Shown: positions 54,474 through 62,852 of the stretch, piece after piece
Layout of the letters: every line of letters begins with the position of its first letter
How positions within the stretch are numbered: position 1 is the first letter of the stretch
DNA from: Bacteroidales bacterium
GTDB lineage: Bacteria > Bacteroidota > Bacteroidia > Bacteroidales > WCHB1-69
Assembly: GCA_045616665.1 (NCBI GenBank)
Contig: JAZLHE010000098.1
Coordinates: 8,034-72,033 of the forward strand
DNA length: 64,000 nt
Direction of reading: 5' to 3'
The notes under the pieces: generated by a model
Told to the model about the DNA's origin: nothing
Databases searched by the model: none
Seen by the model: the letters and a program-made list of their open reading frames with translations, nothing else
Made by a program: the position numbers and the translations under genes

Positions 54474-55244
54474 ATGGATGGTAAGTGTGAGGCCTATAAT
54501 CTGTGCAGGAAAGTTCTGTTAACGGGACTGATTTGCCTGTTGGCTTGGCACGTGCAGTCCCAAGACGTTGGCGACTCGATTCAGCAAAGTGTGACGGTAA
54601 AAGAATGGAATTTCAACATTGAGATTAACACTGCCGGGGCGGGCTTATGGTTTCAACACGGTTGGACACCTGACTATTACAACAAGCACTTTATCGAGGC
54701 AAGTTTTGTGTACAACAAGCATCCGAAAGCCGTACGGGTCAAAAACACTTACTATTCAGGAGCGACCTCGTTTTGTTATGGAAAACTCTGCGACTTGTTC
54801 TTTCTTCGTTTGGGATATGGGTACCAACGCACCTTACACCACAAGCCCTATTGGGGCGGTGTCGGCATTCGCTACACCTTGTCGGCAGGCTTGTCGTTGG
54901 GACTGGTTTTTCCAACCTATTTACGCGTTATTGACTATTACGGCGCTGTGCGGACGGAGAAATACGATCCGGAGTTATATGACCAAGTGGACATATTAGG
55001 TCACGCGCCTTTTTGGACCAACTTGTCACATATGAGTTACCCGCATCCGGGGTTTTATGGCAAAACGGGGTTTATTTTCGACTTCAGCAAAAATGAGAAA
55101 GCCATTCACGCGATAGAAATTGGGGTTTGTGTCGATATGATCTTCCCCTTCGTACAGCAAATGGCTTACAACAAGGCAAAACCAGCCTACTTCGCTTTTT
55201 ACATTTCTTACGACGTTGGAAAGAAAAAAGGCGTTTATGAATAA
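54474..55244 (+). CDS. Hypothetical protein (probable outer-membrane or periplasmic, beta-rich)
   Basis: 256 aa with a hydrophobic N-terminus (VLLTGLICLLAWHVQSQ) and Gly/Tyr-rich beta-strand-like composition. No motif recognised. Confidence 0.5.
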   Translation: MDGKCEAYNLCRKVLLTGLICLLAWHVQSQDVGDSIQQSVTVKEWNFNIEINTAGAGLWFQHGWTPDYYNKHFIEASFVYNKHPKAVRVKNTYYSGATSFCYGKLCDLFFLRLGYGYQRTLHHKPYWGGVGIRYTLSAGLSLGLVFPTYLRVIDYYGAVRTEKYDPELYDQVDILGHAPFWTNLSHMSYPHPGFYGKTGFIFDFSKNEKAIHAIEIGVCVDMIFPFVQQMAYNKAKPAYFAFYISYDVGKKKGVYE

Positions 55245-55245
55245 C

Positions 55246-55434
55246 GAGATGAGAGATGAAAGTTGAAAGATGAAAGATGAAAGATGAAAGATGAAAGATG
55301 AAAGATGAGAGATGAAAGATGAGAGATGAAAGATGAAAGTTGAAAGATGAAAGATGAGAGATGAGAGATGAAAGATGAGAGATGAAAGATGAGAGATGAG
55401 AGATGAAAGATGAAAGATGAAAGTTGAAATTTGA
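55246..55434 (+). repeat. 27-unit perfectly phased heptanucleotide tandem repeat (RAGWTGA)
   Basis: Hand count: 14 aagatga, 9 gagatga, 3 aagttga and 1 aatttga, with no indel over 189 bp. It starts 2 nt after the TAA of 54474..55244 and ends 69 nt before the glyA ATG. Confidence 0.95.
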
Positions 55435-55503
55435 ATTTATCATATTATAAAAAGACAAATTAGTTAAACAAACATATCAATAATCAAAAAAAATAAAAAA
55501 AAA

Positions 55504-56784
55504 ATGACAAGAGACACTCAGATTTTTGATCTTATTCAAAAAGAAAGAATCCGTCAGACGAACGGTATCGAATTGATTGCTTCTGAAAACTTTGTCAGCG
55601 AACAAGTTATGGAAGCTATGGGTTCTGTGATGACCAACAAATATGCCGAAGGTTATCCTGGCAAGCGTTATTATGGTGGTTGCCAAGTGGTTGACCAGAG
55701 CGAAACCATCGCCATTGAAAGAGCCAAACAGCTTTATGGTGCCTGCTGGGCCAACGTTCAACCTCACAGTGGTGCCCAAGCCAACATGGCCGTTTTTATG
55801 GCTTGCCTGAAAGCCGGTGACACTTTTATGGGAATGAACCTCAATCACGGTGGCCACTTGAGCCACGGCAGTGCCGTCAACTTCTCCGGAATTATGTTCA
55901 ATGTTGTGGATTACAGCGTTGAAGAAGAAACCGGTATGATTGATTATGACAAAATGGAAGCCCGTGCTTTGGAAACCAAGCCAAAACTCATCATCGGTGG
56001 TGCTTCTGCCTATAGCCGCGACTGGGATTGGGCACGTATGCGTCAAATTGCCGACAAAATCGGTGCCATTCTGATGGGCGACATCAGCCACCCCAGCGGT
56101 TTGATTGCCAAGGGTTATCTGAACGATGCCGTTAAATATTGTCACATCGTGACCACCACCACCCACAAGACCCTTCGTGGACCTCGTGGCGGTATGATCC
56201 TGATGGGTGAAGATTTTGACAATCCTTGGGGCAAGACCACTCCTAAGGGTGAAATCAAAAAAATGAGTGCCTTGCTTGACAGCGCCGTATTCCCAGGCGT
56301 TCAAGGTGGACCACTCGAACACGTTATCGCTGCCAAGGCCGTAGCTTTGGGCGAAGCTTTAACTGATGATTACGACAGATATATCCAACAGGTGATGAAG
56401 AATGCCAAGACGATGTGCTCCGCATTCATTGACAAAGGTTACAAAGTCATCAGCAACGGTACCGACAACCACTTGATGCTCATCGACCTCCGCACCAAAT
56501 TCCCAGAAATGACCGGTAAGGAAGCCGAAAACGCATTGGTATCAGCCGACATCACCGTTAACAAGAATATGGTTCCATTCGACAGCCGCAGTGCATTCAA
56601 AACCAGCGGTTTGCGTATTGGTACACCAGCTATTACCACTCGTGGCCTGAAAGAAGACGAAATGGGCGTTATCGTTGACTTGATTGACGACGTTTTGAGT
56701 CATCTTGGTGACGACAGTGTGGTTGCCAAAGTTAGAAGCAAAGTAAATTCAATGATGTCTAACCGTCCATTGAATGCTTGGTAA
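55504..56784 (+). CDS. glyA: Serine hydroxymethyltransferase
   Basis: 426 aa with [22 protein letters not shown] and the PLP-lysine block [15 protein letters not shown]. Confidence 0.96.
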   Translation: MTRDTQIFDLIQKERIRQTNGIELIASENFVSEQVMEAMGSVMTNKYAEGYPGKRYYGGCQVVDQSETIAIERAKQLYGACWANVQPHSGAQANMAVFMACLKAGDTFMGMNLNHGGHLSHGSAVNFSGIMFNVVDYSVEEETGMIDYDKMEARALETKPKLIIGGASAYSRDWDWARMRQIADKIGAILMGDISHPSGLIAKGYLNDAVKYCHIVTTTTHKTLRGPRGGMILMGEDFDNPWGKTTPKGEIKKMSALLDSAVFPGVQGGPLEHVIAAKAVALGEALTDDYDRYIQQVMKNAKTMCSAFIDKGYKVISNGTDNHLMLIDLRTKFPEMTGKEAENALVSADITVNKNMVPFDSRSAFKTSGLRIGTPAITTRGLKEDEMGVIVDLIDDVLSHLGDDSVVAKVRSKVNSMMSNRPLNAW

Positions 56785-56805
56785 CAAGTAATTTCCACAA
56801 TAAAA

Positions 56806-56835
56806 GGAACACGTTTCGGCGTGTTTCTTTTATTG
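56806..56835 (+). terminator. Rho-independent terminator after glyA
   Basis: Stem ggaacacg / cgtgtttc with one G-U pair and a 6-nt loop, followed by tttattgttttt. Confidence 0.65.
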
Positions 56836-56871
56836 TTTTTATAAAAAGAATAATCATAAAAAATCCGTATT

Positions 56872-58116
56872 GTGGCCAACGACATTAGAGCAATCAAGCA
56901 ACGCTTTGGAATCATCGGCTTTGACGAAGAATTAGACCGAGCCCTTGACATCGCCGTACAAGTGGGTCCCACCGACTTGTCTGTTCTCGTTACGGGTGAA
57001 AGTGGCGTTGGCAAAGAGAATATTCCCAAGATCATTCACGAATTCAGTCCCCGCAAACACAATCCCTACATTGCCGTCAACTGCGGTGCCATTCCTGAAG
57101 GGACCATTGATTCCGAACTTTTCGGTCACGTCAAGGGGGCTTTTACCGGTGCTTTGGAAGACCACAAGGGCTACTTCGAAATGGCCGACAAAGGAACCAT
57201 CTTCCTTGATGAAGTCGGCGAGTTGCCATTATCCACACAAGTTCGGCTACTGCGTGTGTTGGAAACCGGCGAATTTATGAAAGTGGGATCATCGAAAGTT
57301 CAAAAGACCGATGTCAGGATTGTATCCGCCACCAACATCAAATTTGCCAACCACATTGCCCAGGGAAAATTCAGAGAAGATCTTTTTTACCGTCTCAATA
57401 CGGTTCCCATTCACGTTCCCGCATTAAGGGAAAGGAAAGACGACATCATCCTTCTTTTTACCAAATTTGCCGCTGATTTTGCCGAAAAATACCATTTTCC
57501 GCAAATTTTCCTTACCGAAGAAGCCGAACACGCCTTGGTCAATTACAGTTGGCCAGGCAACATCAGACAGCTTAAAAACGTGACAGAGCAAATGTCGCTC
57601 ATCGAACAAAAACGACTCATTGATGAAAACACTATCGTAAAATACCTTGTCAGTCCCGCATCACCACAACTTCCCGCCCTACTCCCCAACGAGAACGCCA
57701 AACACGAGCAATTTGAACACGAAATCATCTTCAAGGTTTTGGCAGATATGAAACGAGAGGTGGCCGAACTCAAAGAGCTGGTTCACCACATCATTGGAGG
57801 AGACATCAAGGTGGCGGAATTACAGCAGGCCTATAATCAAATCCACGACAATGTGTCTCCTGTCCTATATGATTTTCCTCAGGAAGAGGGAAGTATTTCC
57901 ATCAGCAAGGACAATATCGACAAATCGGAGCCGTTTCAAGAGTCGGAGGTCATAGAAGACAGTCGTTTCTCCTTAGAAGAAAACGAAAAGGATATGATTT
58001 TCAAATCCTTGCAAAAGCACAATAGAAATCGTGCCGCTGCCGCCAAAGAACTCGGTATTTCAGAACGCACGCTCTATAGGAAACTGAAAGAATACAACAT
58101 TCAACAAAACAAATAA
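56872..58116 (+). CDS. Sigma-54-dependent transcriptional activator (bEBP) without a receiver or sensor domain
   Basis: GTG start. AAA+ sigma-54 interaction domain (VTGESGVGKE, GAFTGA, FLDEVGEL, RLNTV) and a C-terminal Fis-type HTH (AAAKELGISERTLYRKLKEY). Confidence 0.88.
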   Translation: MANDIRAIKQRFGIIGFDEELDRALDIAVQVGPTDLSVLVTGESGVGKENIPKIIHEFSPRKHNPYIAVNCGAIPEGTIDSELFGHVKGAFTGALEDHKGYFEMADKGTIFLDEVGELPLSTQVRLLRVLETGEFMKVGSSKVQKTDVRIVSATNIKFANHIAQGKFREDLFYRLNTVPIHVPALRERKDDIILLFTKFAADFAEKYHFPQIFLTEEAEHALVNYSWPGNIRQLKNVTEQMSLIEQKRLIDENTIVKYLVSPASPQLPALLPNENAKHEQFEHEIIFKVLADMKREVAELKELVHHIIGGDIKVAELQQAYNQIHDNVSPVLYDFPQEEGSISISKDNIDKSEPFQESEVIEDSRFSLEENEKDMIFKSLQKHNRNRAAAAKELGISERTLYRKLKEYNIQQNK

Positions 58117-58132
58117 CCAAACACAGATAACG

Positions 58133-58636
58133 ATGAAGAAATTCTTAATATTTATGGTGACTTGCATGCTATTGAGTTCTTGTCGTCTCAGTGTTTCCTT
58201 GACGGGTGGCAACATCAATCCCAATGCCAAAACCGTTTATGTTCAGACCTTCACCAACAATTCAACCCTGGTAAATCCCTCCTTAAGTCAGGATTTCACC
58301 ACCGCGTTAAAAAACAAAATACAAAACCAGACTCCGCTAACCATCATCAACAACGGAAACGGAGACTATAGTCTGGAAGGGGAAATCACCAATTACACCA
58401 TCACCCCAGTAGCCATCCAAGGCAACGACCAGGCAGCCATGAACAGACTGACCATATCGGTTCGGGTACGTTTCACCAATTCCTTTGATGAAACGCAAAA
58501 CTTTGAACAAACGTTTTCCCGCTATGCCGATTATTTAAGCACGCAAAATTTCACATCGGTGGAAGGCACTTTGGTTGAAGAAATCAACGAAGCCCTCTCC
58601 GACGACATATTCAATAAATCCTTTGTAAACTGGTAA
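58133..58636 (+). CDS. LptE-like lipoprotein
   Basis: Lipoprotein signal MKKFLIFMVTCMLLSSC. Size and the pattern YVQTFTNNS...GEITNYTITPVAIQ resemble Bacteroidota LptE-family proteins from memory. Confidence 0.55.
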   Translation: MKKFLIFMVTCMLLSSCRLSVSLTGGNINPNAKTVYVQTFTNNSTLVNPSLSQDFTTALKNKIQNQTPLTIINNGNGDYSLEGEITNYTITPVAIQGNDQAAMNRLTISVRVRFTNSFDETQNFEQTFSRYADYLSTQNFTSVEGTLVEEINEALSDDIFNKSFVNW

Positions 58637-58640
58637 TGCA

Positions 58641-59306
58641 ATGGAAAAAATCATTCTCAGCAATTATTTAGGTTCATCCATACAGCCCAATATTGGCAAA
58701 GTATTGACGCAATATCAGCAAAAATATCCTTGCTCTAACGTTCTTGCGCTTCTTTATTTAAAAATGTTGCAAGAAAAACGTCCAAAAGAATACGAAAAGG
58801 CAAAATCAAGATTGTTGTTGGCCATTTACGACAGACAACGATTTCAACAATATCAAATCAGTCAAGAACGTACCATCGACCATCTGATTGAAGAGCAACC
58901 GACCAAAGCAACGACTGCCGCGACGCCAATGGCATCCCCATCCCCAATCACGCCCATAGAGGAAGATGTTGTCGAGAAGTCTTTTGAAGCTCCCACCATT
59001 CATCTCGAAGAAAATCAGCAACCCGTCATCGACTCATTGATTGCAAAATTCAGCAACGATCCTCCCACAATTAAGAAAACACCGGAGAATCACGACCCGT
59101 TAGCCAATTACTCGGAAGGCAGCCTTGACGAAGACGGAGAACTCATAAGTGAAACATTAGCAATGATTTACGCAGAACAAGGATACTCTGGCAAAGCCAT
59201 TAAAATGTTGAAAAAATTAAGTTTGCTTTATCCAGAAAAAAGTAGTATCTTTGCAAGTCAAATTGAGAAAATAAAAATTGAAAAAAATAATAATCAAATA
59301 AATTAA
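58641..59306 (+). CDS. Hypothetical protein (TPR-like C-terminus)
   Basis: 221-aa ORF in an operon-like position between the LptE-like gene and secG. No motif recognised. Confidence 0.5.
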   Translation: MEKIILSNYLGSSIQPNIGKVLTQYQQKYPCSNVLALLYLKMLQEKRPKEYEKAKSRLLLAIYDRQRFQQYQISQERTIDHLIEEQPTKATTAATPMASPSPITPIEEDVVEKSFEAPTIHLEENQQPVIDSLIAKFSNDPPTIKKTPENHDPLANYSEGSLDEDGELISETLAMIYAEQGYSGKAIKMLKKLSLLYPEKSSIFASQIEKIKIEKNNNQIN

Positions 59307-59311
59307 AGACA

Positions 59312-59605
59312 ATGTTGACATTAGTAGTTGTATTAGTAATTATCGCTTGTATCATTTTAGCATTCATCGTTCTGATTCAGAACTCAAAAGGTGGTGGTTT
59401 GGCTTCCAACTTCGCAGCTTCCAATCAGATTATGGGTGTTAGAAAAACCACGGACTTTTTAGAGAAAGCCTCTTGGGGATTGGCGGCATTCATTATGGTT
59501 ATGTGCTTCGTATGTGCATTTTTAGTCAAAAACGAATTTAAGGCTAACGACCCGTACGCAGGACAGCAGACCGAACAAGTTGAAGAAACGGCTGCTGAAG
59601 AATAA
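59312..59605 (+). CDS. secG: Preprotein translocase subunit SecG
   Basis: 97 aa with two TM helices joined by the loop LIQNSKGGGLASNF, which is typical of SecG. Confidence 0.88.
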   Translation: MLTLVVVLVIIACIILAFIVLIQNSKGGGLASNFAASNQIMGVRKTTDFLEKASWGLAAFIMVMCFVCAFLVKNEFKANDPYAGQQTEQVEETAAEE

Positions 59606-59627
59606 TTACAATAAAGAAGACACACAA

Positions 59628-59658
59628 AAAAGAGGGTTACAAATCCTCTTTTTTTTTG
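59628..59658 (+). terminator. Rho-independent terminator after secG
   Basis: Stem aaaagagg / cctctttt with a 9-nt loop and a long T-run. Confidence 0.75.
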
Positions 59659-59667
59659 CATTAGGGA

Positions 59668-60579
59668 ATGAGAAAAGACTGGTTTTATTATCTGTTATTG
59701 GTTATTGCCGCATCATTATGGGGAAGTTCCTTTATTTTCACCAAGCAATTACTCATTGATGCCTCCCCTATTACCATCATTTTTTCAAGAGTTTTAATCG
59801 CCAGTGTCGTTTTTCTTTGCATTTGCTTTCTGTTTTTTAGAGAAAAGATGAAAATTGCGAAGAAAGACATTCCCATCATCATTGCCTTCAGTTGCTTTGA
59901 GCCTTTTTTATACTTTATTTTCGAAACCTACAGTCTCACCTACTGCGACGCATCCGTCGTATCGGTCATCGTGGCCACCATTCCCATTGGAACCGCCTTT
60001 TTGTCTTTATTTTACTTCAAGGAAAACTTCTCGCTCATCAATTTGTCAGGTGTATTTATCACTTTCTTAGGCATCTTCACAATGCTATTTCCTTCATTTG
60101 CAAACGCTTCCGTAAGTGTAAAGGGTATTTTATTGGCATTCGGCGCAGTAACGGCTTCTATGGGCTACACCTTCTTCGTCAGAAAATTTCCCGAACACTA
60201 TCACCCGACAGTTGTCATCACCTATCAAAACCTGATCGGCTTAATGCTGTTCACCCCACTGATGTTGATTCTTTACGACAATCAAGTCGTTATCAGTGAA
60301 TTGAGCACCTTATTTTTAACATCCGACCTCTATTATCTGAGTGCTTTGGCCATTTTATGTTCCGCCCTTGCCTTTATGTTTTACTTACAGGGCATTCGGC
60401 GTTTTGGCATCGGAAAATCAAGTATTTTCACAAATTTCATTCCCATTGTAACAGCCGTTTTATCATTCATCATACTGGGGGAATCTTTCCCGCATTACAA
60501 AATTCTCGGCATAATCATCGTTATTGTTGGAATTTTCCTGGTACAACAAAAGAAGAAACCAGAAAGACAAAGACAATAA
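59668..60579 (+). CDS. DMT superfamily (EamA-type) transporter
   Basis: 303 aa with 10 hydrophobic segments arranged as two EamA-like halves. Confidence 0.8.
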   Translation: MRKDWFYYLLLVIAASLWGSSFIFTKQLLIDASPITIIFSRVLIASVVFLCICFLFFREKMKIAKKDIPIIIAFSCFEPFLYFIFETYSLTYCDASVVSVIVATIPIGTAFLSLFYFKENFSLINLSGVFITFLGIFTMLFPSFANASVSVKGILLAFGAVTASMGYTFFVRKFPEHYHPTVVITYQNLIGLMLFTPLMLILYDNQVVISELSTLFLTSDLYYLSALAILCSALAFMFYLQGIRRFGIGKSSIFTNFIPIVTAVLSFIILGESFPHYKILGIIIVIVGIFLVQQKKKPERQRQ

Positions 60580-60586
60580 CAACACT

Positions 60587-61225
60587 ATGCTTCGTACCTT
60601 ATTGATTGCCTCCAATGCCATCACATTGGTCCTGTTTCACTATGAACGAATTCACGCACGTCATTTAGAAGGCAAAGTACTGAGGATGAAATTATCGCCT
60701 CATTTCTTATTCAACCGACTGTCTGATCTTCACAGCCTGTACTACCCTCTTGACGTCAAAGCAAGCGAAATCATTTTGGATATTGCCACTCACACGCGTT
60801 ATCAGATACGGCATATCGACAGTCCCAAAGTTCCTTTATCTATTGAAATGGAGCACATCCGACAAAGTATCAATTTTTTCTCAAAGAACCTTGATCCAAG
60901 CACCGAAATTCAATTCAACTATTCTAGTACCGCAACGGAAAAGCCATCCATTTTACCTTGCCTGTTTGACGATGTGCTATACAATTGTTTCAAATACGCG
61001 AAAAGGAGAAACGGATACATTTTTATAAATATAAGCATTAACTCTCAGCATAAACTGTGTTTACACTGCATTAATAATTACGAATACGACAATGTCCATT
61101 CCACGCAAAATGGAATGGACATTCTGGTAAGATTATTGCACATCTACTATCCTCATCGGCATTCCGTCAAAACCAGTCACGATGACGAATACCACACGAT
61201 AGCGATATCGCTTCAACTCAATTAA
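60587..61225 (+). CDS. LytS/YehU-type histidine-kinase-like protein, short and apparently degenerate
   Basis: The start was moved to ATG 60587 (MLRTLLIASNAITLVLF, one TM). It has the His_kinase H-box LSPHFLFNRLSDL. The ATP-lid region lacks clear DxGxG/GxG boxes (NNYEYD..., NGMDILVRLLHIY). No LytTR regulator lies adjacent. Confidence 0.55.
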   Translation: MLRTLLIASNAITLVLFHYERIHARHLEGKVLRMKLSPHFLFNRLSDLHSLYYPLDVKASEIILDIATHTRYQIRHIDSPKVPLSIEMEHIRQSINFFSKNLDPSTEIQFNYSSTATEKPSILPCLFDDVLYNCFKYAKRRNGYIFINISINSQHKLCLHCINNYEYDNVHSTQNGMDILVRLLHIYYPHRHSVKTSHDDEYHTIAISLQLN

Positions 61226-62376
61226 TTTTTTATTGCGGCAATTTCCTTGATAGCCGTAATCGCCGTATCGATGTCTGCTTCGGTATTGAAAGCGCCAATA
61301 CTCAAGCGAACCGTACCGTGAATGTCAATAGTGCCGAGTCCAACGTGAACCTTGGGAGCGCATTGCAAGCCCGTACGACAAGCGATGTCGTAATCCACGT
61401 CGAGCATCGTGCCCACGTCGCCCGCCTCGAAACCGTTGATATTGATTGACATCACCGGATTGTGATTTTCCACAGATTCAGCGCAATATAAGGTTACGCC
61501 TGGCACATCCTTGATACCCAGACGCAATTTTTCCCACAGCTTCATTTCCTGGTTATGCAGATTTTCAACACCCTGCTCCATTACCCACTTCACACCTGCG
61601 TGCAAGCCGGCCACGCCCAGGAGATTCATTGTTCCGGCTTCCAAACGATAAGGATATTCTTCCAAATGGCCGGGGAATGCAGAACGGACACCCGTACCGC
61701 CGAAACGCGTATGGTTGATGGTGACACCTTCCCGAACGTATGAACCGCCGATACCTGTAGGTCCCATCAGGCATTTATGACCTGTAAACGCATAGCAATC
61801 CACGCCAAAATTGACCATATCCATTGTATTGGCACCGGCACCCTGGCTTCCGTCAACGACAAAGACAATACCGTTTTCCTTGCAGACCTTACCAATTTCG
61901 GCAATAGGCTGCACGGTACCAATTACATTGGAGCATTGCGTGCAAACCGCAAATTTTGTATTGGGTTTAATCGCTTTCTTGAAATCATCGGGATCGACAT
62001 AGCCGTGCTTGTCAAAAGGCAGATAAGTCACCTCGATCAATCCTTTCTGTTCCATTGCATACAAGGGACGCAGTACCGAATTGTGTTCCAGCATCGTCGT
62101 GATGACGTGGGCGCCTTTTTCCACCAACCCCTGAATCAGGATATTCAACGAATCGGTAGCGTTATAACTGAAAGTCAAACGATTGGGATCACCGCCACCG
62201 TTGAACAATTGGGTCAGCATTTTTCTGGTATTTTCAACCAACTCACCCGTTTCGATAGCCGCATCGAAACCCGAACGTCCGGGACTAACCCCGTGGGTAC
62301 GGTAATACGTGTTCATAAAATCATAAACCACATCGGGTTTTGGATAAGTTGTAGCTGAATTGTCTAAGTAAATCAT
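61222..62376 (-). CDS. Cysteine desulfurase family class-V aminotransferase
   Basis: 384 aa with IYLDNSATTYP, the PLP lysine FTGHKCLMGPTGIGG and the active-site Cys loop RTGLQCAP. Confidence 0.88.
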   Translation of the reverse strand: MIYLDNSATTYPKPDVVYDFMNTYYRTHGVSPGRSGFDAAIETGELVENTRKMLTQLFNGGGDPNRLTFSYNATDSLNILIQGLVEKGAHVITTMLEHNSVLRPLYAMEQKGLIEVTYLPFDKHGYVDPDDFKKAIKPNTKFAVCTQCSNVIGTVQPIAEIGKVCKENGIVFVVDGSQGAGANTMDMVNFGVDCYAFTGHKCLMGPTGIGGSYVREGVTINHTRFGGTGVRSAFPGHLEEYPYRLEAGTMNLLGVAGLHAGVKWVMEQGVENLHNQEMKLWEKLRLGIKDVPGVTLYCAESVENHNPVMSININGFEAGDVGTMLDVDYDIACRTGLQCAPKVHVGLGTIDIHGTVRLSIGAFNTEADIDTAITAIKEIAAIKN

Positions 62377-62455
62377 ATCTTTCTTTTTTCAATCTATTCT
62401 ATGATGCTTAAATCAACGTCTTTTCTTGAATTATGACCGCTAATTTTTGTAGCGG

Positions 62456-62463
62456 CAAAGATA
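62456..62463 (-). promoter_or_regulatory. -7 promoter box (TATCTTTG on minus strand) for the cysteine desulfurase gene
   Basis: The reverse complement of caaagata matches TAnnTTTG, 80 nt upstream of the ATG at 62376. Confidence 0.4.
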
Positions 62464-62750
62464 CTAAAAATATATCAATTTCTGCATTACTTAAAAATGG
62501 TTTTTCAAAAGGGCAAATTCAACTAACAATTCCTCAAAAAAATTCGGAATTACCCCGTTTAGTCTTGTAAGGAGATTTCGCCTTTGCTTCGCGTCGGCAG
62601 AATGGCAACGAAGCGTCGGTCTCAAGAAGTGCGGCGACGGAAAGCAAGTGCGATATTGTTTCAAGGTGTCGCCGCAAACAGCTCCACGACAAAAAATCGC
62701 CCTTCACCAATCACTTGATTGGCGGAGGATAGAATGTGCCGCGGAAAGAC

Positions 62751-62852
62751 CACCCCGCGCTTGCCTCTCGCCGCCCGCCGCGCGGGTTATATTAGCCGTA
62801 AGTGTCTTAAAAGCAATTCTAAACCCTAATCCCTACACCCTATACCCTAATT
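62751..62852 (-). repeat. Conserved 3'-flank element, copy 1 (period-7 TAGGGNN units plus GC-rich segment)
   Basis: Starts at the FISUMP stop codon. The minus strand reads TAA aat TAGGGTA TAGGGTG TAGGGAT TAGGGTT TAGAATT ..., then cggctaatataacccgcgcggcgggcgg...gcgcggggtg. About 90 of 102 positions are identical to copy 2 by hand alignment. Confidence 0.85.

Noticed and set aside
55246-55434. Possible CRISPR array or minisatellite-type coding repeat.
   Set aside because: The repeat has a 7-nt period with no spacers, and no cas genes are present in the window, so it is not CRISPR. The plus strand has TGA in every frame.
55084-55458. 124-aa minus-strand ORF with a striking heptad peptide repeat (HLSSFIS)n, superficially coiled-coil or leucine-zipper-like.
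   Set aside because: It is the mechanical translation of the 7-nt DNA repeat, since 7 nt x 3 frames gives a 7-aa period. It has no promoter box or plausible start context, and its tail runs antisense through the 3' end of 54474..55244. I treat it as non-coding.
55435-55503. ZTP, THF or glycine-type riboswitch in the glyA leader.
   Set aside because: The 69 nt between the heptamer array and the ATG are almost pure A/T with no pairing potential. The array itself has no riboswitch-like structure.
62821-62852. CCCTAA/CCCTAAT telomere-like repeats as a sign of eukaryotic contamination or a linear replicon end.
   Set aside because: There are only 4-5 units, embedded between ordinary bacterial genes and present twice at equivalent positions after stop codons. 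It is a local element, not a telomere.
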